Position numbers and translations under genes: made by a program. DNA of 64,000 bases from Planctomycetota bacterium. GTDB lineage: Bacteria; Planctomycetota; UBA1135; UBA2386. The stretch is taken from positions 4,352,001 to 4,416,000 of the forward strand of contig OZ245838.1 in NCBI GenBank assembly GCA_965228735.1, read 5' to 3'. The notes beneath the pieces were generated by a model. The model was not told where the DNA came from. It made no database searches and worked only from the letters and a program-made list of their open reading frames with translations. Below, piece by piece: positions 19,604-28,735 of the stretch; position 1 is the stretch's first letter; every line of letters starts with the position of its first letter.

Positions 19604-21115
19604 ATGAACGTCTGGCACCTGCTCGACCGCGCTGCCGAGGACCCGCGCGGCGCGTTGATCGAGCCGGGGCCCGGAGCGGGACGCGAACTCGACTACGTCG
19701 CAGCGCGGGCCGCTGCGCTCGCGCTGGCGCAGCGACTGCGAGACGCCGGTGCGGCGCCCGGCGATCGCGTCGCGGTGCTGATGCACAACTCGATCGAATA
19801 CTGGCTCGCCTACTTCGCGGCCGCAGCCGCCGGCGCGATCCTCGTGCCGCTCAACACGCGGCTGACCGCGGCCGATCACCGGCGCGTGCTCGCGCACAGC
19901 GGCGCGACCGTTCTGCTGCACGACGACGCGCACGCGGTGATCGCGGGTGAGCTCGGCATTCCCCGACTGCGCATCGATGCGGCTTCGACGGGCGCGAGTT
20001 CCGACGTCGCGCCGACGCTCGCCGGACCGGACGATCCCGCCCAGCTCTACTACACGAGCGGCACGACGGGCGCGCCGAAAGGGGTCGTGCTGACGCACCG
20101 CAACGTGTGCACGCACGCCGAGTCCGCGATCGTCGAGCTCGGCCTGAACGGAGCGGATCGCTGGGCGCACATAGCGCCGATGTTCCACCTCGCCGACGCG
20201 TGGGCCGTCTTTGCGATCACCGCGGTGGCCGGCACGCACGTGTTCGAACCACGGTTCGAACCGCGACGCGCGCTCGACCTGCTCGCCGAAGAACGCATCA
20301 CGATCACCAACCTCGTGCCGACGATGCTCAACCTGATGGTGGCCGAACCCGGCGCGCAGACGCGCACCTACGCGCTGCGCCGGATGCTCAGCGGCGGGGC
20401 GGCGATCGCGCCCGAGACCGTGCAGCGCATCCTTGCGACGTTCGGCGACGAGGGCCGCGCGTTCGAGTACGTGCAGACCTACGGCATGACGGAGACGAGT
20501 CCATACCTGACGCTGAGCCTGCTGCCGAAAGCGCTGCGATCGCTGCCGGCCGCCGATCGGCTGCGACTGGTATGCCGCACGGGGCGCCCGTTCCGCGGCG
20601 TCGCGCTGCGCGTCACGCGCGAGGACGGCAGCGAGGTCGCGCGCGATGACGTGGAGGTCGGCGAGATCCGCGTGCGCGGCGCGACCGTGACCCCGGGTTA
20701 TTGGCAGAACGACGAAGCCACGGCAGCCGCGTTCGACGCCGACGGCTTCCTCTACACCGGCGACCTCGCGACGATCGACGAGCACGGCTTCGTCAACATC
20801 GTCGATCGCAAGAAGGACGTCGTGAACACCGGCGGTGAGCTGGTCTACTCGATCGAGGTCGAGAACACGCTGCACGAGCATCCGGCCGTGCTCGAGTGCG
20901 CGGTGTTCGGCCGGCCCGACGATGTCTGGGGCGAACGCGTGACCGCGGCCGTCGTGTTGCGCGCCGATGCGGCGGCTCTCGACGGCGACGCCCTGATCGC
21001 GTTCTGCCGCGACCGTCTCGCGGCCTACAAGGTGCCGAAGGCGATCGAATTCCTGGCCACCCTGCCGCGCACGGGTTCGGGCAAGATCAGCAAGCGCGCG
21101 CTGCGTGAGAGCTGA
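19604..21115 (+). CDS. Long-chain acyl-CoA synthetase (AMP-binding enzyme)
   Basis: 'YTSGTTGAPKG', 'YGMTE', 'TGDL', 'DRKKD', 'GKISK'. Confidence 0.93.
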   Translation: MNVWHLLDRAAEDPRGALIEPGPGAGRELDYVAARAAALALAQRLRDAGAAPGDRVAVLMHNSIEYWLAYFAAAAAGAILVPLNTRLTAADHRRVLAHSGATVLLHDDAHAVIAGELGIPRLRIDAASTGASSDVAPTLAGPDDPAQLYYTSGTTGAPKGVVLTHRNVCTHAESAIVELGLNGADRWAHIAPMFHLADAWAVFAITAVAGTHVFEPRFEPRRALDLLAEERITITNLVPTMLNLMVAEPGAQTRTYALRRMLSGGAAIAPETVQRILATFGDEGRAFEYVQTYGMTETSPYLTLSLLPKALRSLPAADRLRLVCRTGRPFRGVALRVTREDGSEVARDDVEVGEIRVRGATVTPGYWQNDEATAAAFDADGFLYTGDLATIDEHGFVNIVDRKKDVVNTGGELVYSIEVENTLHEHPAVLECAVFGRPDDVWGERVTAAVVLRADAAALDGDALIAFCRDRLAAYKVPKAIEFLATLPRTGSGKISKRALRES

Positions 21116-21130
21116 CCCGAGTTCGCCGGA

Positions 21131-21721
21131 TCAGAGCAGGAAGTCGTAGACGAGCCAGACCGCCGCGCCGGCGATCGCCCAGCCGACGAGCGCCAGCACG
21201 CCGTCGTACGCCATCACCGCGAGGCCCAGCAGCATCGCGCTCGCCGCCGGCACCGCAGCACCGAACGGCACGATCTCGAGCGGTGGCATCAGGCAGCCCA
21301 TGACGACGACCGCGAGCGCGTTGATCGGCTGGGCCACGCTCTTCGTGAGGAACGTCAGGCGCGGGTGCACCCAGCGATCGATGCGTTTCGCCCACGGCCG
21401 CACCTTCTCGAACCCGCTCTCGAGCTTCTGCCGGTCGATGCTGCGCTCGCGGATCCGGCGCGGCAGCCACGGGTTCTTCAGGCCGACCGCGCGCTGACCG
21501 GCGATCAGGACGAGCAGGATGCCGACGATCGTCGGCAGTAGCGGAATCGCGCCGAGTGGGCTCACGATGATGAACCCGAGCAGCGCGATCGCGGGGCCGA
21601 GCAGGCGGTGCGAGAACGTGTCGAGCACGTCCTGGACCTCGACCTCGTCCTCGCCTTCGGTCCCTTCGAGCAGGGCATCGATCGCCTCCTCGATCGACCG
21701 CACGTCGCCGTTGCCGCTCAT
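21131..21721 (-). CDS. exoD: ExoD-family exopolysaccharide biosynthesis membrane protein
   Basis: 'SPLGAIP', 'PWLPRRI', 'PPLEIVPFGAAVPA', 'DGVL' motifs and TM helices. Confidence 0.85.
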   Translation of the reverse strand: MSGNGDVRSIEEAIDALLEGTEGEDEVEVQDVLDTFSHRLLGPAIALLGFIIVSPLGAIPLLPTIVGILLVLIAGQRAVGLKNPWLPRRIRERSIDRQKLESGFEKVRPWAKRIDRWVHPRLTFLTKSVAQPINALAVVVMGCLMPPLEIVPFGAAVPAASAMLLGLAVMAYDGVLALVGWAIAGAAVWLVYDFLL

Positions 21722-22944
21722 GGCCGCCGCAACAGCACGATGCGGTTGGTGTTGGTGCCGCGACGGTTGTTGTCGACGCCCCAGCAGTTGGCGGTCTTGG
21801 TGAACTCCTGCGCATTGACCATCACGAGCTCGGGCTCGAGACCGGCGCTCACGGCGGCCGGCACGACGGCCTCCTCGAGTCGCACCTTGCCGCCGCGCAC
21901 CTCTCCGACCTCGAACGCGATGTGCCCACCGGGGCGCACGACGCGGTGCAGCTCGACGAACACCTCGGTCATCGCGGCCTGCCAGGCATCGACCGTGCGC
22001 GCCATCGTGATCGGCACGGTCGCCGCATCGATCCCGGCGAACCAGCAGCGCAGCCAGTTGTCATTCGCGTACTGCACGACGTCGAGGAACGGCGGCGACG
22101 TGACGACGAGCTGCACGCTCGCGTCGAGAACCCCGGCAAGCTCGGCCGCCGCGCCGGTCGTGAGCACGGCCCGTTGCGCGAGCGCGCTGCTCGCGGCGCG
22201 CCAGAGCGGGTCGACGTTCTTGAACAGTGCCGCCGACTTCTTGCGCAGGATCGCCTTGACGTCGCGGACGGGCGGCTCTTGCGCGCGCTTCTCGTTGATC
22301 TTGCGCTGGGCCGCGACGGTGACCGCCTGGTTGGGCGGCATTGTGTAGACCGAGAAGAACCCGGCCGAGTGTCCCGTGAGCCGGTTGATCGCGACCATGC
22401 GCAGCCAGTCGTCGACCGCGTCGAGCTCACCCGCCGCGTCGCGCTGCAGCAGGTACTCGCGCAGGGCCCGGATCGCGCCCAGCGTCTCGGGATGGAAGAA
22501 CACGAGCAGGTCGTCGTCCGCTTCGTCCGCCACGCCCGCCGCGGACTCGGCGAGATCCAACGCGTCGATCCGTTCGAGCACCCGCGAGAGCGGCGGCGGG
22601 TCGAGCCGCGGCCGCACGAGCATCGTCGACAGCGGGTTGACGTCGTTGCCGCCCGGCACGCGTTCGCGCAGCACGGCTTCGAGCGGGGTCGTGCCGCGCC
22701 CCATGAACGGATCGAAGACGAGATCGCCGGGCTTCGACAGCCGTTCGATGAAGAAGGCGGGCAGCGACGGCTTGAAGCACGCCCGGTAGCTGACCTCGTG
22801 CAGGCTGTGCCCTTCGCGTTGCGCCGACGTCCAGAACTCGTTGGTCAGCATCGGCACGCGCCGGCCGTCGACCGCGAGCGCGTCACGGTGCGTCGCCGCG
22901 CCGAACTCGGCGAAGTCCTCGAGCTCTCGTAGCAACGACGTCAC
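21718..22944 (-). CDS. Orphan N4/N6 DNA methyltransferase
   Basis: SAM-binding motif I 'FDPFMGRGTT' and catalytic motif IV 'VTSPPF'. No restriction endonuclease is adjacent. Confidence 0.85.
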   Translation of the reverse strand: MTSLLRELEDFAEFGAATHRDALAVDGRRVPMLTNEFWTSAQREGHSLHEVSYRACFKPSLPAFFIERLSKPGDLVFDPFMGRGTTPLEAVLRERVPGGNDVNPLSTMLVRPRLDPPPLSRVLERIDALDLAESAAGVADEADDDLLVFFHPETLGAIRALREYLLQRDAAGELDAVDDWLRMVAINRLTGHSAGFFSVYTMPPNQAVTVAAQRKINEKRAQEPPVRDVKAILRKKSAALFKNVDPLWRAASSALAQRAVLTTGAAAELAGVLDASVQLVVTSPPFLDVVQYANDNWLRCWFAGIDAATVPITMARTVDAWQAAMTEVFVELHRVVRPGGHIAFEVGEVRGGKVRLEEAVVPAAVSAGLEPELVMVNAQEFTKTANCWGVDNNRRGTNTNRIVLLRRP

Positions 22945-23004
22945 GGCGGGATGCGAACCCTTCGGCGGCCGCGCCGCAAGCTACGATCCGGGTTCGTGGA
23001 GACC

Positions 23005-24423
23005 ATGATGTTGACGACCCTCGTTCTCTCGATCGCCGGCGCCGTTTCCGGGCTCGACGCGGAGCCAGCTACCACAACGATGACCGCTCCCGCCGCTGCC
23101 GCGGCCGCGGCGACGATGCCGCGCGGCGAGACCCCGCCGCCCGGCCCACCGTGGCTCCTGACCTACCGCGAAGCGCGCCGCGACGCGCTGCTGCGCGGTC
23201 GGCCGGTCATGGTCTACTTCACCAAGACCTATTGACCGCACTGCCTCCCCCTGGAGCAGCAGGTGCTGTCCAACGAGAAACTCGCCGCGCACTACGACAA
23301 GGTCACGTGGCTGTTCGTCACGCGCAACTTCAAGAACGACGCGAAGGACCGCGAGGCGGCGCGGACGCACGATCGCTTCGGCATCACGTCGTGGCCGCAC
23401 TGCGAGCTGTTCGATCCGCGCGACGATCGCGTGCTCGCGGACCTGCCGCGCGATCTCGCGGGCTTCGTCGCGGACATCGACCGGCACGCTGGCGCGGTGA
23501 AGAAGGCCGGCCGCCGGAGCGAACGAGCCGCGGCGACGGTCGCGCGGGCCACCGCGTTGTTCGAAGCCGGCAAGACGAAGGCCGCGCTGACGAGCATCGC
23601 GCCGGTCGCCAACGGGAAGGACGATGCGTTCGTCCATCTGTGGGCGCGCGAGCTCGAACGTGAGTGGCGCGGCAAACCCGTCCCGATCGCCGACCGGCTC
23701 GCCGACCCGGACGTGCGCGAGCGCGCGATCGGGCTCGAGGAGGCCTTCGAACGCGAGGCTCGCAAACTGCGCCCCCTGCAGGAACGCATCCGCGAGCTGC
23801 TGCTCGATACCGACGAACACCTCGTCGTTCGCCTGCGCGCGCTCGCGATCGTCGCGCGCGACGAACCCGAGCTCGTGCGCGATCACGCCGCGGATCTGCT
23901 CGCGATCGAGAACGACAACTTCCGCTTCCAGGTGCTGCAGACGCTCAGCAAGCACGCGGATCCCGAACTCGTTCCATTGCTCGTGATGATGTTCGAGGGT
24001 GCCGGGACGAAGGTCAGGAGCGGCAACCCCAACGTGCTCCGCATCCACATCGCGCGCTGCCTCGGCGCCGCCGGCGATCCGCGCGGCCTGCCGCCGCTGC
24101 AGTCGATCGCCGAGGCCGCGGACCCGCGCAACGGCCTCACCCACGTCGGCCTGAAGGCCCTCGGCACGCTCGGCCGCGACGGCGACCGCAAGCTGCGCGC
24201 GCAGGTCGTCGACATCCTGCGCGGGGCGTTGCCGCCGGCGATCGCGGACGCGGATCCGAGCCTCGGCGAACATGCCGAGCGCCGCTTGTTGGGCGTCGTG
24301 CGCAGCCTGCGCGAAGCGCTCGATGGCAACGTGACCGCGGTGCCACCGCTGCCTTCGGGCTGGACGAAACGCGACCGCACGGCGTTCGCCAAGGCACTCG
24401 AGCGAGCGCGCCCGCGCCGCTGA
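23005..24423 (+). CDS. Putative selenoprotein: thioredoxin-like domain (UxxC) fused to HEAT-like repeats, about 472 aa, Sec at about residue 77
   Basis: ORF-track fragments 22951-23235 and 23263-24423 share a frame. Reading through TGA 23233-23235 gives PVMVYFTKTY-U-PHC-LPLEQQVLSNEKL, a thioredoxin active-site context. Confidence 0.85.
23252..23272 (+). promoter_or_regulatory. Putative bacterial SECIS element
   Basis: UGGA-(G bulge)-CAGC-[AGGU loop]-GCUG-UCCA, with the loop starting 25 nt after the UGA. Confidence 0.7.
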
Positions 24424-24428
24424 ACTGG

Positions 24429-24485
24429 CGTACGGTACCGGGTACATCCTGCCGGCACCCGGCAGTTTGAACCAGGTACCGTACG
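24429..24485. repeat. REP-like palindrome, copy 3
   Basis: CGTACGGTACCGGGTACA...CTGCCGG-cac-CCGGCAG...TGAACCAGGTACCGTACG, just after the stop at 24423. Confidence 0.85.
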
Positions 24486-24517
24486 GGTGCCTTGTTAGGA
24501 TCCGCGGCCCGTTTTCG

Positions 24518-26806
24518 ATGTCGATTCGCCGCGAAGGACCCGTTGCCGAGCGTCTGCTCGAGCTGTTGCAGAACCATCCGGGGGCGGATCGGGCGCGCGC
24601 CGGGGCGCTCGACGGGCCGATCGCGCCGCACGCGTCGATGACGCGACGGCAGGCCGTCGCGATCTTCGAGTCGGCGATCCAGTCGCGCCTGCAGGACCTG
24701 CTGTCGCGCGAGCTCAAGGACCGGGGCCTGAGCTACTACACGATCGGCAGCAGCGGGCACGAGGCGAACGCGATCTTCGGCGCGCTGCTGCGGCCCACGG
24801 ACACCGCGTTCTTGCACTACCGCAGCGGCGCGTTCATGGCGGCGCGACTGCGGCAGGGGCGCGGCGAGACGCCGTTCTTCGACGCGATGCTGTCGTTCTG
24901 CGCGTCGGCCGAGGATCCGATCAGCGGCGGGCGACACAAGGTGCTCGGCTCGCCGACGATGCACGTGCCGCCGCAGACGAGCACGATCGCGAGCCACCTG
25001 CCGAAGGCGCTCGGCTTCGCGATGGCGATGTCACGACTGCGGCGCCAGGGCATCGAGCCGGGCTCGGGCGTGCCGCTCGACAGCATCGTCTACTGCAGCT
25101 TCGGCGACGCGTCGCTCAACCATGCGACGGCGCAGGCCGGCCTGCACAGCGCGGGTGCTGCGGTGCTGCACGCGCAACCGTGCCCGGTGCTGTTCGTCTG
25201 CGAGGACAACGGCATCGGCATTTCGGTCAAGACGCCGGCGGACTACGTCGAGCGCATGATGCGGCACCGGCCGGGGATCAAGTACTTCGCGTGCGACAGC
25301 CAAGACTTCCCCGGCGTCTGGTCGACCGCGCAGCGCGCGATCGAGTTCGTGCGACAGCAGCGCCGACCGGCGTTCCTGCACGTGCGGACCGTTCGCCTCA
25401 TGGGGCACGCGGGCTCGGACGTCGAGGCCAACCACATGCCGCTCGAGCAGATCGAGGAGAACGAACGACGCGACCCGTTGCTCGCGTTCACCGATCTGCT
25501 GCTGACGACGGGTGCGATCAGCAAGGACGGCATCCTCGCGCTCTATCGCGATACCGACGCTCGCCTGCGCCGCGCCGCCGACGAGGCGGCGACGCGCAAG
25601 AAGCTCACGACCGTCGCGCAGATCACCGCGCCGCTGATCCGGCCGACCGCCGGTCAGTGCGAGGTGCAGGTCGCCAGCAACGAACGGCGGCTCGAGGTCT
25701 TCGGCGGCAAGCTGCCCGAGGACGACAAGCGCAAGCGCCACCTCGCCTACCGCATCCCGCAGGCGCTGACCGACATCCTCGCGGCCTACCCCGAGGCGTT
25801 CGTCTTCGGCGAGGACGTCGCGAAGAAGGGCGGCGTCTACAACGCGACCAAGGGCCTGCACGAGCGCTTCCGCGGCGGACGCGTGTTCAACACGATCCTC
25901 GACGAGACGACGATCCTCGGCCTCGCGCAGGGCATGGCGCAGGCCGGGTGCCTGCCGATCCCTGAGATCCAGTATCTCGCCTACCTACACAACGCGATCG
26001 ACCAGATCCGCGGCGAGGCCGCGTCGCTGCAGTTCTTCAGCACGGGCGCGTCGCATCGGGACATCAAGGACGCGCAGTTTCCGAGCTACGCCAACCCGAT
26101 GGTCGTGCGCATCGCCGGGCTCGCCTACCAGAAGGGCTTCGGCGGCCATTTCCACAACGACAACTCGGTCGGCGCGCTGCTCGAGATCCCCGGCATCATC
26201 CTCGGTGTGCCGGCGCGCGCCGACGACGCGGTGCTGATGCTGCGCGCGATGACGGCGGCGGCGCACGAGCACGGCATGGTCAACGTCTGCCTCGAACCGA
26301 TCGCGCTCTACATGCAGAAGGACCTGCACGAGCCGGGCGACGGGGAGTGGCAGTTCGACTACCCGGCACCCCACGAGGTCATGGACGTCGGCGAAGGTCG
26401 CGTCTACGACGAGGGCGACGACGACGCGCTGACGATCGTGACCTACGGCAACGGTCTGTGGATGAGCCTGCGCGTGCAGCGGCGACTGCGGCAGGAGGGC
26501 ATCAAGGCGCGCGTGTTCGATCTGCGCTGGCTGCTGCCGCTGCCGATCGAGCAGATCAAGGAGCACGTGCGTGCGACGAAGCGGTGCCTCGTCGTCGACG
26601 AGTGCCGCAGCACGCACGCCGGCCCGAGCCCGATGATCCTCACCGAGCTCTGCCAGGATCCCGAGCTGCGCGGCGCTGTCCTGCGCCGAGTCGCCGCGGC
26701 GGACAGCTACGTGCCGCTCGCCGCGGCCGCCAATCTCGTGCTCGTGCAAGAACCCGACATCGAGCGCGCCGCGCGCGAGATCGTCGAAGTGGAGGTCGGT
26801 CGATGA
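24518..26806 (+). CDS. Fused E1 alpha/beta TPP-dependent 2-oxoacid dehydrogenase (branched-chain-like)
   Basis: TPP motif 'FGDAS...EDNGIGIS', 'RLMGHAGSD', and beta-half motifs 'FGEDV..KGGV', 'EIQY', 'FGGHFH'. Confidence 0.9.
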   Translation: MSIRREGPVAERLLELLQNHPGADRARAGALDGPIAPHASMTRRQAVAIFESAIQSRLQDLLSRELKDRGLSYYTIGSSGHEANAIFGALLRPTDTAFLHYRSGAFMAARLRQGRGETPFFDAMLSFCASAEDPISGGRHKVLGSPTMHVPPQTSTIASHLPKALGFAMAMSRLRRQGIEPGSGVPLDSIVYCSFGDASLNHATAQAGLHSAGAAVLHAQPCPVLFVCEDNGIGISVKTPADYVERMMRHRPGIKYFACDSQDFPGVWSTAQRAIEFVRQQRRPAFLHVRTVRLMGHAGSDVEANHMPLEQIEENERRDPLLAFTDLLLTTGAISKDGILALYRDTDARLRRAADEAATRKKLTTVAQITAPLIRPTAGQCEVQVASNERRLEVFGGKLPEDDKRKRHLAYRIPQALTDILAAYPEAFVFGEDVAKKGGVYNATKGLHERFRGGRVFNTILDETTILGLAQGMAQAGCLPIPEIQYLAYLHNAIDQIRGEAASLQFFSTGASHRDIKDAQFPSYANPMVVRIAGLAYQKGFGGHFHNDNSVGALLEIPGIILGVPARADDAVLMLRAMTAAAHEHGMVNVCLEPIALYMQKDLHEPGDGEWQFDYPAPHEVMDVGEGRVYDEGDDDALTIVTYGNGLWMSLRVQRRLRQEGIKARVFDLRWLLPLPIEQIKEHVRATKRCLVVDECRSTHAGPSPMILTELCQDPELRGAVLRRVAAADSYVPLAAAANLVLVQEPDIERAAREIVEVEVGR

Positions 26807-27810
26807 GCCGCCCCACCGCCGTTCTGTTGTGCCCCGGTCGCGGGGCCTACACGCGCGAAGAGCTCGGCTTCCTCGGTCGCACCGTTGCACCCGGTCCGGT
26901 GCAGGACGCGCTGACCGCGAGCGACGAAGCGCGACGCGCAACGGGCCGACCACCGCTGAGCGAGATCGACGCAGCCGAGAAGTTCCGCCCCGGCCTGCAC
27001 CTCGACGGCGAGAACGCGGCCGAGCTCATCTACTTCTCGACGATGGCGCACGTCGAGCAGCTGCGCGAGCGCTACGACATCCTGGCGGTCTCCGGCAACT
27101 CGCTCGGCTGGTACACCGCGCTGCCGGCGAGCGGCGCGCTCGACCCGACCGCGGGCTGGCGACTCGTGAGCACGATGGCCGCGCTGCAGAAGGAGGTCGC
27201 GGGCGGGCAGCTGCTGACGACGGCCGTCGACGAGCAGTGGCGTCCCGACCTGAAGGCGCGTTCCACGATCCGCGAACTGCTCGTCGAACTCGACGACCGG
27301 GGACCGGAATGGGCCTGCGACTACAGCATCCACCTCGGCGGTCACATCGTGCTCGCGGGCACGGACCGCGCGATCACGGAGTTGCTCGACCGTCTGCCGA
27401 AGCACAAGGTCGGCGCGCGCGAGTTCCCGTTCCGCCTCGCGGGTCACGGCCCGTTCCATACGCAGCTCTGTCAGCCGACATCGGACGCCGCGGCCGAGCG
27501 CCTCGCGGACCTGCCGATCCAGCAGCCGCGCTGTCACCTCATCGACGGCTTCGGCAACGTGCACTCGCCGTGGTCGGCCGACCCGCGCGAGCTGCTCTAC
27601 TACACGACGCACGAGCAGGTCGTCGACACGTTCGACTTCACCGCGTGCGTGCGGACCGCGATGCGCGAGTTCCAGCCCGACGTGCTCCTGTGCGCGGGTC
27701 CGGGATCGTCACTGCGCGCGCCCGTCGGCCACTGCGTCGTCGCGGAAGGCTGGCGCGGCGTGAACGACAAGGACGCGCTCTTCGCGAGCAACCTCGTCGC
27801 CATCGACTGA
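26803..27810 (+). CDS. FabD-like (ACP S-malonyltransferase-like) acyltransferase
   Basis: 'CPGRG', nucleophile motif 'GNSLGWY', 'GPFHT', 'GPG'. ATGA overlap with the E1 gene. Confidence 0.8.
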   Translation: MSRPTAVLLCPGRGAYTREELGFLGRTVAPGPVQDALTASDEARRATGRPPLSEIDAAEKFRPGLHLDGENAAELIYFSTMAHVEQLRERYDILAVSGNSLGWYTALPASGALDPTAGWRLVSTMAALQKEVAGGQLLTTAVDEQWRPDLKARSTIRELLVELDDRGPEWACDYSIHLGGHIVLAGTDRAITELLDRLPKHKVGAREFPFRLAGHGPFHTQLCQPTSDAAAERLADLPIQQPRCHLIDGFGNVHSPWSADPRELLYYTTHEQVVDTFDFTACVRTAMREFQPDVLLCAGPGSSLRAPVGHCVVAEGWRGVNDKDALFASNLVAID

Positions 27811-27834
27811 CCGCGCTGGCGGTACCGCCAGCGC

Positions 27835-28350
27835 TCACCCGACCCCGTAGCGCTCGCGCAGCACCTCGAGGTGATGCAGTTCGTGCCCGGCGATCATCCA
27901 CGGCAACGCGCGCACGCTGACCGGTGACCCATTGGCCGTGCCGCGGCGCTCCCACGCCGCGGCGTCGAAGCCCTCGAACAGCGCAATCGTCGCGCGCCGC
28001 ACCGCGAGGAACTCCTGCAGCACGTCGGCGAGCGGCCGCGTGTCGCTGCCGTCCTGCGCGGCGTAGGCGTTCTCGTCGAAGCCCGGCAGCGGAGCCGTGT
28101 CGCCGCGCGCGATGCACATCGCGCGATAGCAGAACATCCGCTCGCTGTCGCTGAGGTGCTGCAGCAGCCGCTTCACCGACCACTTGTCGTCCGCGTAGGC
28201 GTGGTCGCCCTGCTCCTCGGTGACGCCCTCGAACAGCGCCTCGGATCGTTCGGCCTGCGCCCGCAGCCGGGCGAGCACGTCGCCGTCCGGGACCTTGCCG
28301 ACGTAGCCGGTGAACATCGGGTCGAACTCGTCGGCGGCGGGACGCTGCAT
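27835..28350 (-). CDS. DinB-family protein
   Basis: 'YADDKWSVK..LQHLSDSER', 'LPGFDENAY', 'IAGHELHH'. Confidence 0.9.
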   Translation of the reverse strand: MQRPAADEFDPMFTGYVGKVPDGDVLARLRAQAERSEALFEGVTEEQGDHAYADDKWSVKRLLQHLSDSERMFCYRAMCIARGDTAPLPGFDENAYAAQDGSDTRPLADVLQEFLAVRRATIALFEGFDAAAWERRGTANGSPVSVRALPWMIAGHELHHLEVLRERYGVG

Positions 28351-28399
28351 GCCACTTCGAATACTCTGCGCCCTTCGCCGCATCCACCCCCAGTCACCA

Positions 28400-28732
28400 A
28401 TGAAGACCTTCGTCTGCGTCCTCTCCGCTGCCGTCGCCGCCGGCCTGTTGACCTATTTCGGGTTCGACGCAATGAACGCGTTCGGCCTCATGAGCAATCG
28501 CGTCCACGTGAACATCAGCGTGTTCATCGGGTTCATCGCGATCCTCGCGTTGCTGGCCGCGCTGCTCGCCGTGACGTTTCGCGGCGCCGTCGCGCGCGCG
28601 GACGACCGACTCGTCGCGCGACTCGAAGCCCGGGTCGCCCAACTCGAGAGCGACGCGGTTGCGGCGGCGCCGCGGCCGACCCCGCCCGCGCAGGGCTCGC
28701 CGGCGGCCGTGCCCCCGCCGCCCCCCGCCTGA
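28400..28732 (+). CDS. Small membrane protein (2 TM plus coiled-coil/Pro-rich tail)
   Basis: Two hydrophobic helices, then 'RLEARVAQLE'. Confidence 0.6.
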   Translation: MKTFVCVLSAAVAAGLLTYFGFDAMNAFGLMSNRVHVNISVFIGFIAILALLAALLAVTFRGAVARADDRLVARLEARVAQLESDAVAAAPRPTPPAQGSPAAVPPPPPA

Positions 28733-28735
28733 CGT

